Positions 27,687 to 37,252 of a stretch of 64,000 nt of DNA are shown here, one piece after another (within the stretch, counting starts at the first letter, position 1; every line of letters begins with the position of its first letter). The notes under the pieces were generated by a model. That model worked only from the letters and a program-made list of their open reading frames with translations, was not told the DNA's origin and did not search any database. The translations under genes and the position numbers were made by a program. This DNA is from Desulfobacteraceae bacterium (lineage in GTDB: Bacteria > Desulfobacterota > Desulfobacteria > Desulfobacterales > SKZT01), in contig JAABTQ010000010.1 of NCBI GenBank assembly GCA_011389745.1, positions 11,645 through 75,644 of the forward strand. The letters are read 5' to 3'.

Positions 27687-29012
27687 ATGACAACTGATGT
27701 CTTACAAAAAAGAACACAAAAACTTGGCTGGTACTTTTTTGGTATCGTTTCTCTGTCCTACCTTATGGTCTATTTTCATAGGGTAGCTCCGGCTGTTGTT
27801 TCAGATCTGCTCATGGCAGAATTCAATTTGAGCGGTGCTGTTCTGGGAAACTTGGCAGCAATTTATTTCTACGTATACACATTGATGCAATTGCCGGCTG
27901 GGGTTCTGGCAGATGGATTCGGTGCCAAAAAAACCATTTTCTGGGGTATGATGGTTTCTGGTATCGGATCCCTTATTTTTGCCGCTTCAACTATTCTTGG
28001 CTTTGCCTTTCTGGGACGGATTCTCATCGGCTTCGGCGTGTCCGTCATCTTTGTTTCCATGTTAAAAATCGTAACGGAATGGTTTCCTGAAAAACAGTTT
28101 GGCGCTCTGTCCGGCATAGCCCTGTTTATTGGGAATTCAGGTGCCGTCCTAGCCGCAACACCTTTGGCCTATCTGGTATCGATATGGGGATGGCGTGTTT
28201 CTTTTACCCTGGTGGGCGGCGTGGGGATCTTTGCCGGGTTCCTGACCCTGGTTCTGGTCAAAGATCGTCCGTCGGAGCTGAATTTACCTTCTCCCAACTC
28301 GACGTTAAAACCGGCGGCGAGAATGGGAGAAAAAGATGTCATCCAAGGGTTGGGAACGGTGATGAAAAATCCCAGTTCCTGGCCTCCTTTTATATTGTTT
28401 TCAGGTGTTTATGGGTCACTTATGGCTTTCCAGGGGGTATGGGGGCTTCCTTTTCTGGTTCAACAATACGGGATGGAGCGGTTTGAGGCCTCTTCAAATC
28501 TGATGATCATTGCAGTGGGCTTGTTGATCGGATGCCCGACGGTCGGCTATATTTCCGACCGGATCGGGAAACGCAAATTGCCTTTATTGACATTCCTATT
28601 GATGTATGCCTTATGCTGGGTCGCCATGCTGGCATGGCCAGGGGGGAAACCGGCCCCTTTTGTTCTTCCTTATCTTCTGTTTGCCATGGGTTTTTTTGCC
28701 TCGGGATTCATTCTTGTTTGGGCCTGCGCAAAGGAGGTCAACCCAATTGAATTGTCCGGTTGTGCTATCGGGCTTGCCAATATGGGAGGGTTTTTAGGGG
28801 CGGCTATAGTTCAGCCCCTGTTTGGATGGGCTTTGGATAAAAAATGGCTTGGGATTGTTGAAGAAGGGGTTCGAATTTATCCTTTGGAGGCTTGGCGGTT
28901 TGCTTTTCTTTTGGCACTTGTCATCCTCCTTTCAACCACCCTAATCGGAATTTTGATAAAAGAGCCCAAACAGAAAACGCTTAAATCAAGAAATCAGATT
29001 CGACAAATATAA
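27687..29012 (+). CDS. MFS transporter
   Basis: Start moved to the ATG at 27687, with AAGGA 7 nt upstream. 12 hydrophobic segments and an MFS loop motif (GVLADGFGAKKT). Confidence 0.85.
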   Translation: MTTDVLQKRTQKLGWYFFGIVSLSYLMVYFHRVAPAVVSDLLMAEFNLSGAVLGNLAAIYFYVYTLMQLPAGVLADGFGAKKTIFWGMMVSGIGSLIFAASTILGFAFLGRILIGFGVSVIFVSMLKIVTEWFPEKQFGALSGIALFIGNSGAVLAATPLAYLVSIWGWRVSFTLVGGVGIFAGFLTLVLVKDRPSELNLPSPNSTLKPAARMGEKDVIQGLGTVMKNPSSWPPFILFSGVYGSLMAFQGVWGLPFLVQQYGMERFEASSNLMIIAVGLLIGCPTVGYISDRIGKRKLPLLTFLLMYALCWVAMLAWPGGKPAPFVLPYLLFAMGFFASGFILVWACAKEVNPIELSGCAIGLANMGGFLGAAIVQPLFGWALDKKWLGIVEEGVRIYPLEAWRFAFLLALVILLSTTLIGILIKEPKQKTLKSRNQIRQI

Positions 29013-29159
29013 AGCGGCACAAGCATAGGATTCTGTTGAATTAGGTGCGGTAAAATAATCAGAATTTTAGCAAGAAAAACAAGGCAAGGCACCACATTCT
29101 ACCAAGTAACCGACATTGAGCGGCTGCTCTGCGAAAGCGCCACCCTTTTTCAATAAAAA

Positions 29160-29181
29160 AAGCCTCCGCATCTGGAGGCTC
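29160..29181. terminator. GC hairpin with flanking A-run (terminator-like, orientation ambiguous)
   Basis: AAAAAAA-GCCTCC-GCATCT-GGAGGC. Read on the minus strand it is a hairpin followed by T7; on the plus strand the trailing tract is only TCATTATT. Confidence 0.4.
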
Positions 29182-29287
29182 ATTATTCTGATAATATTTC
29201 TTTCCTGTCAAAGTATTTTGATAATATTTGCTCCTATTTAAGTTTTTATAGACGCTGTAGGTTAAAAATGATAAAAAATTCAAATTT

Positions 29288-29731
29288 TTGTCAAAGGGGA
29301 ATAATAGAAAACAACGGATGAGTCAAAACAGAAATTTCCAGGCCAGACTAAAGGTCCCTTTTCATGATTTAGATCCCCTTAATGTTGTATGGCATGGTAA
29401 TTATTTGAAGTATTTTGATATTGCAAGATTTGGACTGTTTTCAGCTGCAGGAATCGATTTATACCGATATTCCCTTGAAAAAAATTACATTTTTCCGCTA
29501 ACCAAAACATCCACCAAATTTATATCACCATTGCGGCATAACGATGAATTTATTTGCAAGGCGACACTTTTGGAAGCGACCGTTAAAATCGTTATGGGTT
29601 TTGAGATTCGAAGGGTCATGGACGGTGCTGTGTGCACAAAGGGAAGCAGTGATCAGGTGGCGGTTAAACTGCCCCAAATGGAGATCATGTTCGAAATTCC
29701 AGGAGATATTCGTGAAGCTTTCGGGGTTTAG
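29288..29731 (+). CDS. hotdog-fold acyl-CoA/acyl-ACP thioesterase (4HBT/YbgC-like)
   Basis: 147-aa ORF; an alternative ATG at 29318 is possible. VPFHDLDPLNVVWHGNYLKYFD matches the YbgC/4HBT catalytic-Asp region. Confidence 0.75.
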   Translation: MSKGNNRKQRMSQNRNFQARLKVPFHDLDPLNVVWHGNYLKYFDIARFGLFSAAGIDLYRYSLEKNYIFPLTKTSTKFISPLRHNDEFICKATLLEATVKIVMGFEIRRVMDGAVCTKGSSDQVAVKLPQMEIMFEIPGDIREAFGV

Positions 29732-31452
29732 TGTTGGATAGAAATATTTGCCCTGCACTTGTGAGCGGATTTGAACGTCTGTCGGCGTGGGCTGATTTAC
29801 TGGATCAGATCAATGTATTTCCTGTTGCCGACTCGGATACCGGTCGAAATCTGGTCATCAGCCTGAGTCCTTTACGTCGGTTGAGTGATAATCCGGAAAA
29901 GATGATTCAGAAAATATTGTTTTCCGCGTGCGGAAACAGCGGAAATATCGCAGCACATTTTTTTTCCGGTTTTCTGACCCTTCAATCACCCGGGGATTTA
30001 TTTTATGCGGCAAAACTGGGAAAAGAATATGCGTGGAAATCCATCGCTAATCCTAAATCCGGAACCATATTGAATGTGTTTGATGTCCTTGCTGATTTTT
30101 CGCCATCCGATTTTTCCCTCGATCAGAAACAATTATTTAAAATTATTGATCAGTTGGCTGATACAGTCTGGAATACCGCGGAGATGATTCCTGAACTTAA
30201 AGCGGCCGGGGTTGTCGACTCAGGGGCACTGGGGATGTTCATTTTTTTCGAGGGTTTTTTTAACGGTCTGATGGAAAATCAACACCGATTCATTCCGGTG
30301 ACCGAAAGATTTAAAAGCAAATTGACTGTTTCCGATACATTCAAAAGTAAGCAGGCCATGGGCTACTGTGTTGACATGGTTATCGTTCCGGATAAAAACG
30401 GCCGGAAGATGGTGAACCAGCTTGCCGACTATGGCGAGAATATGGTTGCTTCAAAGGATAATGATTTTGTCAAAATTCATATCCATACCCGCAATAAAGA
30501 TGGTCTGAAAAATATGGTCGGTTCCATCGGCCGGTTAGTGGACTGGTCTGAAGAAGATATTGGGCAGCAGGTCGAATCTTTTGGATTGCTAAAGATTGAA
30601 CGCCCTGTTCATATTATGACCGATGCTTCAGGATCATTGACCCGGAATGATTCAAAAGATTTTCAGATCACCCTGCTTGACAGTTATATTATGACCGGAA
30701 AAAAATGTTGTCCGGAAACCCTGATGGATGCTTCCGGGATATATTCAGCACTGAAAAATGGAGAAAAAGTGACCACTTCCCAGGCATCTGTTTTTGAAAG
30801 GCACCAACATTACCGGAGTGTTTTAAGCCGTTATGACAGGGTTTTATACCTTTGTACCGGGTCGGTTTATACGGGTAATTATGATGCAGCCAGGGCATGG
30901 AAAAAAGCAAATGATCCGGATGATCGGTTTACTGTGATCGATACGGGGGCGGCATCAGGGCGATTGGCAGCCATGGTGCTTGCTACGGCAAGATATGCTG
31001 AAAATTCCGGTGATCATCAAAGCGTAATTGATTATGCACGGTCAGCAGTGGAAAATGCCCACGAATATATTTTTTTAGATCGTCTTCAATATCTGGCAGC
31101 CGGCGGAAGGCTTTCTAAAAGCAGCGCTTTTATTGGCGATATGCTCCATGTAAAGCCGATTATCTCACCTCAGGCAACAGGAGCAAAGAAAGTCGGAACC
31201 GCCGGAAATGCAAAAGCTCAAATCCGGTTTGCCATGGAAAAATTATCCCGGTTTTATGAAAAAAAGAAATTTTTATTTATCATAGTGGAATACTCGGATA
31301 ACCGCCAATGGGTTGAAGACTGCGTGAAAAGGAAAATACAACATATTTATCCGTTAACAGAAATCATTTTACAGCCGCTTTCTCTGACTTCGGGCGTACA
31401 CATGGGACCGGGAACATGGGCGGTGGCTTTTATGACTGAAAATAAAAAGTAA
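29731..31452 (+). CDS. DAK2 (DhaL)-domain / DegV-domain fusion protein (FakA/FakB-like fatty-acid kinase/binding module)
   Basis: 573-aa ORF. N-terminal DhaL-like DSDTGRNL motif; the C-terminal half begins like DegV proteins (VHIMTDASGSLTRNDSKDFQITLLDSYI...) and ends with SLTSGVHMGPGTWAVAF. Confidence 0.65.
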   Translation: MLDRNICPALVSGFERLSAWADLLDQINVFPVADSDTGRNLVISLSPLRRLSDNPEKMIQKILFSACGNSGNIAAHFFSGFLTLQSPGDLFYAAKLGKEYAWKSIANPKSGTILNVFDVLADFSPSDFSLDQKQLFKIIDQLADTVWNTAEMIPELKAAGVVDSGALGMFIFFEGFFNGLMENQHRFIPVTERFKSKLTVSDTFKSKQAMGYCVDMVIVPDKNGRKMVNQLADYGENMVASKDNDFVKIHIHTRNKDGLKNMVGSIGRLVDWSEEDIGQQVESFGLLKIERPVHIMTDASGSLTRNDSKDFQITLLDSYIMTGKKCCPETLMDASGIYSALKNGEKVTTSQASVFERHQHYRSVLSRYDRVLYLCTGSVYTGNYDAARAWKKANDPDDRFTVIDTGAASGRLAAMVLATARYAENSGDHQSVIDYARSAVENAHEYIFLDRLQYLAAGGRLSKSSAFIGDMLHVKPIISPQATGAKKVGTAGNAKAQIRFAMEKLSRFYEKKKFLFIIVEYSDNRQWVEDCVKRKIQHIYPLTEIILQPLSLTSGVHMGPGTWAVAFMTENKK

Positions 31453-31455
31453 AAA

Positions 31456-33147
31456 ATGAATATAAAAATCATCAGTTCGGAATACCCGAAATATGAGGTC
31501 GGATCTGTGGTGGTCAGCGGTGAAAACCTGAGTATAGATGATGTGGTACGGGTCGCCCGTCAGGGTGCCGGGGTTTTAATGACCAAAGATAAGATAGTTT
31601 TGGATCAGGTAACAAAATCTCACCATTTTATCATGAAAGCGGTTGAGGAAAAAAAATCCATTTACGGGGTTACCACGGCTTTTGGGGGGATGGCCAATGT
31701 TGCTGTGCCCATTGAAGATGCCGAAGCGCTTCAGAACAATATTCCATGGCCCCACAAAACCGGAGCCGGTAAAAAACTGTCTGTATCCGATATCAGGGCA
31801 AGTATGATGTTGAGAGCCAATTCACTCATGAAGGGTGTTTCCGGGGTGAGATTGGAGATCATTGAGCGATTAATCGATTTTCTCAATAAAGGCCTGACTC
31901 CGGATGTATATGAATTGGGCTCTATTGGTGCCAGTGGTGACCTTGTGCCCCTTTCCTATATTGCAGGGGCGATTATCGGACTTGATTCCTCTTTTACAGT
32001 GACCGTTAGGGGCAAAACCATGGATTGCATTTCTGCTTTGCAATCGGTTGGTTTACCCAGAATGCGCTTATTCCCAAAAGAAGGCCTCGCCCTTATCAAT
32101 GGCACATCGGTCATGGCCGGAATTGCTTCTAATTGTATTTATGATGCACGGTTGTTGTTGTCGCTGGCTTTGGGTGCCCATGCCTTGTTTTTTCAGGGTC
32201 TTGGGGCATCTGATCAATCATTTCATCAGTTTATTGAAAAACAAAAGCCTCATCCCGGACAAATCCTGGTTTCTTCACAAATGCGGAGGCTTCTTAAAGG
32301 ATCTCGATTAATCCGAAAGGAATTTAACGGAAGAAACCCTCATGACAAAAATGAACTGGAACAAGACCGGTATTCATTGCGCTGTTTACCTCAATTTATT
32401 GGGCCCGTGGCTGATGGTCTTTCCATAATCACCCGGCAGTTGGAAACAGAAATCAACTCTGCCACCGATAACCCATTGATCGATATCGAAAACGATGCCT
32501 ATTACTACTGTGGAAATTTTTTAGGGCAATATGTAAGCATCGGTATGGATCAGTTGCGATATTATATGGGATTGATGGCAAAACATCTGGATGTCCAGAT
32601 CGCTATGGTTGTCGCCCCCGAGTTTAACAATGGCCTGCCCCAGTCACTGGTGGGTAACCCCGCAAAAAAAGTCAATCTTGGCCTTAAAGGGCTTCAGTTA
32701 ACCTGCAACTCGATCATGCCGCTTATCTGCTTTTTTGGAAATTCTCTGGCGGATCGTTTTCCCACTCATGCGGAACAGTTCAACCAGAACATCAACAGCC
32801 AGGGATTCGGTTCAGCCAATCTGGCCCGGCAATCATTGGACATGTTCTGCCAATATATGGCTGCGGCACTCATGTTCGGTGTGCAAGCCGCCGACCTTCG
32901 CACGCATATGGTTTTCGGACACTTTGATGCACGCAGGAGTTTATCACCGGCAAGTATCATGCTTTATGAAAGCATCCTGAAAGTGACCGGAAAGTCCCCC
33001 TCTGAAAAACACCCGTATATTTTCAACGATAACGAACAGTCCCTGGATCAACTCATGTTTAAAATATCGGAAGACGTTGGTGCAGATGGGATAATTCCGC
33101 AATCGGTCAGGGATACAATTTCAGCTTTTACTGATCATCAAAGCTGA
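31456..33147 (+). CDS. MIO-dependent aromatic amino acid ammonia-lyase/aminomutase (HAL/PAL/TAL family)
   Basis: 563-aa ORF. YGVTTAFGG, MIO-forming triad in GSIGASGDLVPLSYIAG, and NGTSVM. Confidence 0.9.
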   Translation: MNIKIISSEYPKYEVGSVVVSGENLSIDDVVRVARQGAGVLMTKDKIVLDQVTKSHHFIMKAVEEKKSIYGVTTAFGGMANVAVPIEDAEALQNNIPWPHKTGAGKKLSVSDIRASMMLRANSLMKGVSGVRLEIIERLIDFLNKGLTPDVYELGSIGASGDLVPLSYIAGAIIGLDSSFTVTVRGKTMDCISALQSVGLPRMRLFPKEGLALINGTSVMAGIASNCIYDARLLLSLALGAHALFFQGLGASDQSFHQFIEKQKPHPGQILVSSQMRRLLKGSRLIRKEFNGRNPHDKNELEQDRYSLRCLPQFIGPVADGLSIITRQLETEINSATDNPLIDIENDAYYYCGNFLGQYVSIGMDQLRYYMGLMAKHLDVQIAMVVAPEFNNGLPQSLVGNPAKKVNLGLKGLQLTCNSIMPLICFFGNSLADRFPTHAEQFNQNINSQGFGSANLARQSLDMFCQYMAAALMFGVQAADLRTHMVFGHFDARRSLSPASIMLYESILKVTGKSPSEKHPYIFNDNEQSLDQLMFKISEDVGADGIIPQSVRDTISAFTDHQS

Positions 33148-33997
33148 CCATTTTTTTTGACTCGGCAATTTCCCAGATCAGGGCGGTGCCGACGATGAAA
33201 TTATTGTCTCTTTTAACCAGGGGACTGTCATCATAGACTGCGCCGGAAATATTATCCCATCTTGAATAAAAACCCAATGAAAGGTTATCGGTAAGTTTTT
33301 TTTGAAGTGTACCCGCCAGGGAAAATCCGGAATAACCGGTGTCGGATTTGTAATGGGGCCTTCCTGGTCGAACATCCTCGCGCGGCACATCATAAAAATA
33401 GCTGTTTAACTGACTGTTGGAAAAATCGATTCCCGCGTTTAATCCATAGCTCAAATCATATTTTTCAAAGCTGCTCTGGTTAAAATAGATCAGGTTCAGA
33501 CCTGAACGAAGGCCCTGATAACTGATGTTCACACCATGATCAAAACCCAGAGAGTATGCCGCCCGCAAGGCCAGTCTCAAATAAAGGGAATCCATGGGAT
33601 GACGTCCTAACATATACCATTTGATCGCAGGCCCGACCTCAAAAATGGCATCCAGACCGGACATGCCCTCACGGGCCTTGGTATCACTGCTGACCGGAGG
33701 GTTTCCATATAATGAAATATTGGTTTCAAAATAATCGCTATCATAAAAAATACCACGGATACTTTCCCGATCGGCCCGGATAATGTCTCCCCGGTAAATG
33801 ATATAGGGCAGAGGAACTACATACCATTTGTATTCATCAGAGCCACGGTAATGAGGAAGTCTGGCTGCAGCGTTAAACAGCCCGAATTCCCAGAGAGGAT
33901 ATTGTATATCCTCTTCGGAGAAAACTACACCGTTGAAAATCATAAGAAAAATTAGTATGGTTAATAACTTGTATATGATTTTCTTTAATGTTTTCAT
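33128..33997 (-). CDS. MipA/OmpV-like outer-membrane beta-barrel protein
   Basis: Start moved to MKTLKKIIYKLL..., which has a signal peptide. Alternating beta-strand pattern, RLPHYRGSDEY and GMSGLDAIFEVGP resemble the MipA family, and it has an aromatic C-terminal region. The 3' end overlaps the convergent ammonia-lyase gene by 20 nt. Confidence 0.55.
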   Translation of the reverse strand: MKTLKKIIYKLLTILIFLMIFNGVVFSEEDIQYPLWEFGLFNAAARLPHYRGSDEYKWYVVPLPYIIYRGDIIRADRESIRGIFYDSDYFETNISLYGNPPVSSDTKAREGMSGLDAIFEVGPAIKWYMLGRHPMDSLYLRLALRAAYSLGFDHGVNISYQGLRSGLNLIYFNQSSFEKYDLSYGLNAGIDFSNSQLNSYFYDVPREDVRPGRPHYKSDTGYSGFSLAGTLQKKLTDNLSLGFYSRWDNISGAVYDDSPLVKRDNNFIVGTALIWEIAESKKMVSFDDQ

Positions 33998-34060
33998 AAC
34001 CTTGTCCCTTTTATTTGTAACCCTGAATAGTTTTTTGTTTAAACGATTATGGTGATTTTT

Positions 34061-34798
34061 ATGAAAATGCAAGCACGAAATAAAAAAAAAATTTGCATTG
34101 TGATTCCTGTTTATAATCATGAAAGGACGGTCGCAGAAGTTGCACGGCAGGCGTTGAAATTAAATCTACCGGTCTTTATTGTTGATGACGGATCAAGTGA
34201 TACCAGCTATGTAAAGATCAAAAACATCAAGGGTGTACGAATATTGCGTCATTTCAGAAATCTGGGAAAGGGAGCTGCACTAATGACCGGATTTGCTGAA
34301 GCGGTAAAAGCGGATATGAATTGGGCCGTCACCCTGGATGCCGACGGTCAGCATAATCCGATGGATGCCGTATCCATGATAAGGGCAATACCCGAAAGAA
34401 AACGTCCTGTGGTAGTGGGAATCAGAATTGGAATGATCCATGGGGATGTACCATGGACAAGTCGGTTTGGAAGAAAATTTTCCAACTTCTGGGTTTTTTT
34501 ATCAGGCGGACCTAAAATGTCCGATTCACAGAGTGGTTTCAGAATATATCCTTTGCCTGAAATATTGAATCTTAACATCGTATCGAGGCGGTTTCAATTC
34601 GAGGTGGAGGTTTTAGCCAAAGCCGGATGGAAACGTATCCCGGTAGTTGAGGTTCCCATCAGTGTCAATTACTGTCCGCTGGGAAAAAGAATATCACATT
34701 TTCGTCCTTTTTTGGATTTTGTCAGAAACAGCACCACATTTACCCGGCTTATTATTCAGAGAATTTTTATTCCGTTATCCTACCGAATAAGACAATAA
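34061..34798 (+). CDS. family 2 glycosyltransferase
   Basis: ICIVIPVYNHE, VFIVDDGSSD and TLDADGQH (DxD-type) GT-A motifs. The exact start (34049/34061/34067) is uncertain. Confidence 0.8.
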   Translation: MKMQARNKKKICIVIPVYNHERTVAEVARQALKLNLPVFIVDDGSSDTSYVKIKNIKGVRILRHFRNLGKGAALMTGFAEAVKADMNWAVTLDADGQHNPMDAVSMIRAIPERKRPVVVGIRIGMIHGDVPWTSRFGRKFSNFWVFLSGGPKMSDSQSGFRIYPLPEILNLNIVSRRFQFEVEVLAKAGWKRIPVVEVPISVNYCPLGKRISHFRPFLDFVRNSTTFTRLIIQRIFIPLSYRIRQ

Positions 34799-34802
34799 AC
34801 AT

Positions 34803-37244
34803 ATGCAACACCAAAAAAAGTATAAACCCAGGTGGACTATTGTGTTTCTCATGATGGTTGTGGTTTTATTTTTTCTGATGTTAAGTTTTTACAGGCTTCA
34901 AATTGATAGTGATATTATTGGGTCGCTTCCGGAAAATGATCCGGTGATATCCGATGCCGGGCATGTGATGGTACATCATCCCATGCAGGATCTCGTGGTT
35001 ATCGACATAGGAACGGACACTGTGCAACCGGATGTTCTGGTGGAGGCAGGACATCTTGTCGAACAGCGATTAAAAGATAGCGGGCTTTTTGAGAAGGTGG
35101 GAATCAGTCATGAAGGGCATCTGATACCTGAATTAATTAGCATGGTGACAGACAGCTTGCCATGGATTTTTTCTGAAAAACAACTGCAGGAGCAGATTGC
35201 TCCCCTGCTGGTACCCGATCGGATAGTCCAAAAACTGGATGAAACTCTCTTGCAGTTTCATAATATCGACAGTATCGGCAGGGCCGAGAATATATCCAGG
35301 GATCCATTAGGGTTTGGAAACATTATCCTTGCCCGACTGATCCATCTGGCGCCGACAGAAAATGCAGGCATATACAAGGGAAGTCTTTTGTCTTCGGATC
35401 AAAAACACCTGCTGATTTTGGCAAAGCCCAATGAATCAGGTACCGATACGGTTGTAGGACAAAACATCGCCTCCACTATCGACCAGGTATATCAGGAAAT
35501 GAATCAGCAGTTCTCAAAAAAAGGATATCAAGTTTCACTGACTCCGATGGGGGGGTATCGTGCAGCCCTGGACAACGAGGCTTCAGCCAAAAGTGATGTG
35601 CAGAAAGCGATCCTTTTTTCTACCCTGGGCATTGCTCTTTTGCTGGTTTTGGCTTTTCCAAGGCCATGGCTTGGACTTCTGGCGCTTTTGCCGGCGCTTG
35701 TAGGGACGGTCATTGCGCTTTTTGTGTACTCGCTTGTTTTTGATACGATCTCACTTTTAACTATTGGGTTTGGCGGGGCTATCATCGCCATTTCAGTGGA
35801 TCATGGAATAGCATACATGCTGTTTTTGGATCGCCCTGTTGAAAGCAGCGGTAAGGATGCCTCGAAGGAAGTTCGATCGGTGGGACTTCTGGCAGCTCTG
35901 ACCACCATCGGCGCTTTTTTTTCACTCTCCTTTTCCGGTTTTCCCATTTTGGCACAGGCCGGCTTGTTTGCCGGAATGGGGATTGGCTTTTCCTTTCTTT
36001 TTGTTCATTGGTTATTTCCTTTAATGATCCCGATGATGCCACCGGCCAGGCGTAAAAATACCATGCCGCTTCAAAAGTTTGTCAACGGATTTGCATTAAA
36101 GGGTGAAAAATATAAATTGGTCATGGCTTTAGGATTCGGTTTTGTGATGTTTTTTTTTGCTAAAGCGGACTTTCAGGTGGATTTAAGAGCCATGAATACG
36201 GTCAGCGATAAGACCCGAGCTGCTGAAAATCAAATACAGGAAACCTGGGGTAATATTTTTTCAAAGGTATTTTTGATGGTCGAAGAACATAGCCTTGATG
36301 CGCTGCAGGAAACCTCGGACATGGTTTTATCTGCTTTGGAAAACGACATGGCATCCCAAAGCCTTTCTTCGGTTTTTTTACCTTCCATGATATTTCCCGG
36401 CGAAAACCGCGGGGCTGAAAATTTCCAGGCATGGAAAGGATTCTGGAACCAACAGCGAAAAGATGACTTAAGACGAATAATGGCGGATAATTCAATCCGA
36501 TTAGGATTTACTCCGGATGCCTTTGATCCTTTTTTTCAAAGCCTTGATCAACAAACCTATACATTTCATGAAATTCCGGAAAAATTCCATGACCTTTTGG
36601 GCATTTCCCATGATTTGGAACGGTCAATGTGGGTTCAGTTTTCCACTTTGCTTCCAGGCAGTGAATACAATGCCGAAGGTATTTATTCCCGATTGGCCAC
36701 AATAGAAAACACGACCATGTTCGATCCTCGTTTTTTTGGACAAAGACTTGGAAAGGTACTTTCAGATACCTTTTTAAAGATGCTTTTAATTGTCGGTTGC
36801 AGTATGGTTATTTTGCTGATGATTTTTTTTTCTGACTTAAAACTCACCATTGTTGCCGCGATTCCCGTCATTTTTGCATTTATCTGTACCCTAGGCACCT
36901 TGAACCTGACAGGGCATCATCTGGGAATACCGGCGCTGATGCTTTCCATCGTGGTGGTCGGCATGGGGGTGGATTATTCGATTTTTTTTATCCGGTCATA
37001 TCAGCGATACAGAGATAAAAACCATGTTTTTGTCGGGCTGTTTCGGATGGCTGTTTTTCTGGCTTCCATATCGAGCCTTATAGGCTTCGGAGTGCTGAGC
37101 ATTGCAGATCATGCTCTGCTGAAAAGTGCGGGGTTGCCTTCTTTTTTGGGGATTGCTTATGCGGTGATCGGAACTTTTACGTTACTTCCTCCTGTTTTGG
37201 GACGTTTATTCCCTGATCTGAAGACAGATAAACCCGGAGAATAA
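34803..37244 (+). CDS. MMPL/RND-superfamily exporter
   Basis: 813-aa ORF with two blocks of about 6 TM helices, each preceded by a large soluble loop. Architecture matches the predicted exporters of lipid/aryl-polyene clusters. Confidence 0.75.
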   Translation: MQHQKKYKPRWTIVFLMMVVVLFFLMLSFYRLQIDSDIIGSLPENDPVISDAGHVMVHHPMQDLVVIDIGTDTVQPDVLVEAGHLVEQRLKDSGLFEKVGISHEGHLIPELISMVTDSLPWIFSEKQLQEQIAPLLVPDRIVQKLDETLLQFHNIDSIGRAENISRDPLGFGNIILARLIHLAPTENAGIYKGSLLSSDQKHLLILAKPNESGTDTVVGQNIASTIDQVYQEMNQQFSKKGYQVSLTPMGGYRAALDNEASAKSDVQKAILFSTLGIALLLVLAFPRPWLGLLALLPALVGTVIALFVYSLVFDTISLLTIGFGGAIIAISVDHGIAYMLFLDRPVESSGKDASKEVRSVGLLAALTTIGAFFSLSFSGFPILAQAGLFAGMGIGFSFLFVHWLFPLMIPMMPPARRKNTMPLQKFVNGFALKGEKYKLVMALGFGFVMFFFAKADFQVDLRAMNTVSDKTRAAENQIQETWGNIFSKVFLMVEEHSLDALQETSDMVLSALENDMASQSLSSVFLPSMIFPGENRGAENFQAWKGFWNQQRKDDLRRIMADNSIRLGFTPDAFDPFFQSLDQQTYTFHEIPEKFHDLLGISHDLERSMWVQFSTLLPGSEYNAEGIYSRLATIENTTMFDPRFFGQRLGKVLSDTFLKMLLIVGCSMVILLMIFFSDLKLTIVAAIPVIFAFICTLGTLNLTGHHLGIPALMLSIVVVGMGVDYSIFFIRSYQRYRDKNHVFVGLFRMAVFLASISSLIGFGVLSIADHALLKSAGLPSFLGIAYAVIGTFTLLPPVLGRLFPDLKTDKPGE

Positions 37245-37252
37245 TAAAAGGT

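Noticed and set aside
29059-29283. 74-aa minus-strand ORF in the MFS/thioesterase intergenic region
   Set aside because: The sequence is low-complexity (YYQN repeats) and spans the GC hairpin and AT-rich promoter DNA, with no RBS.
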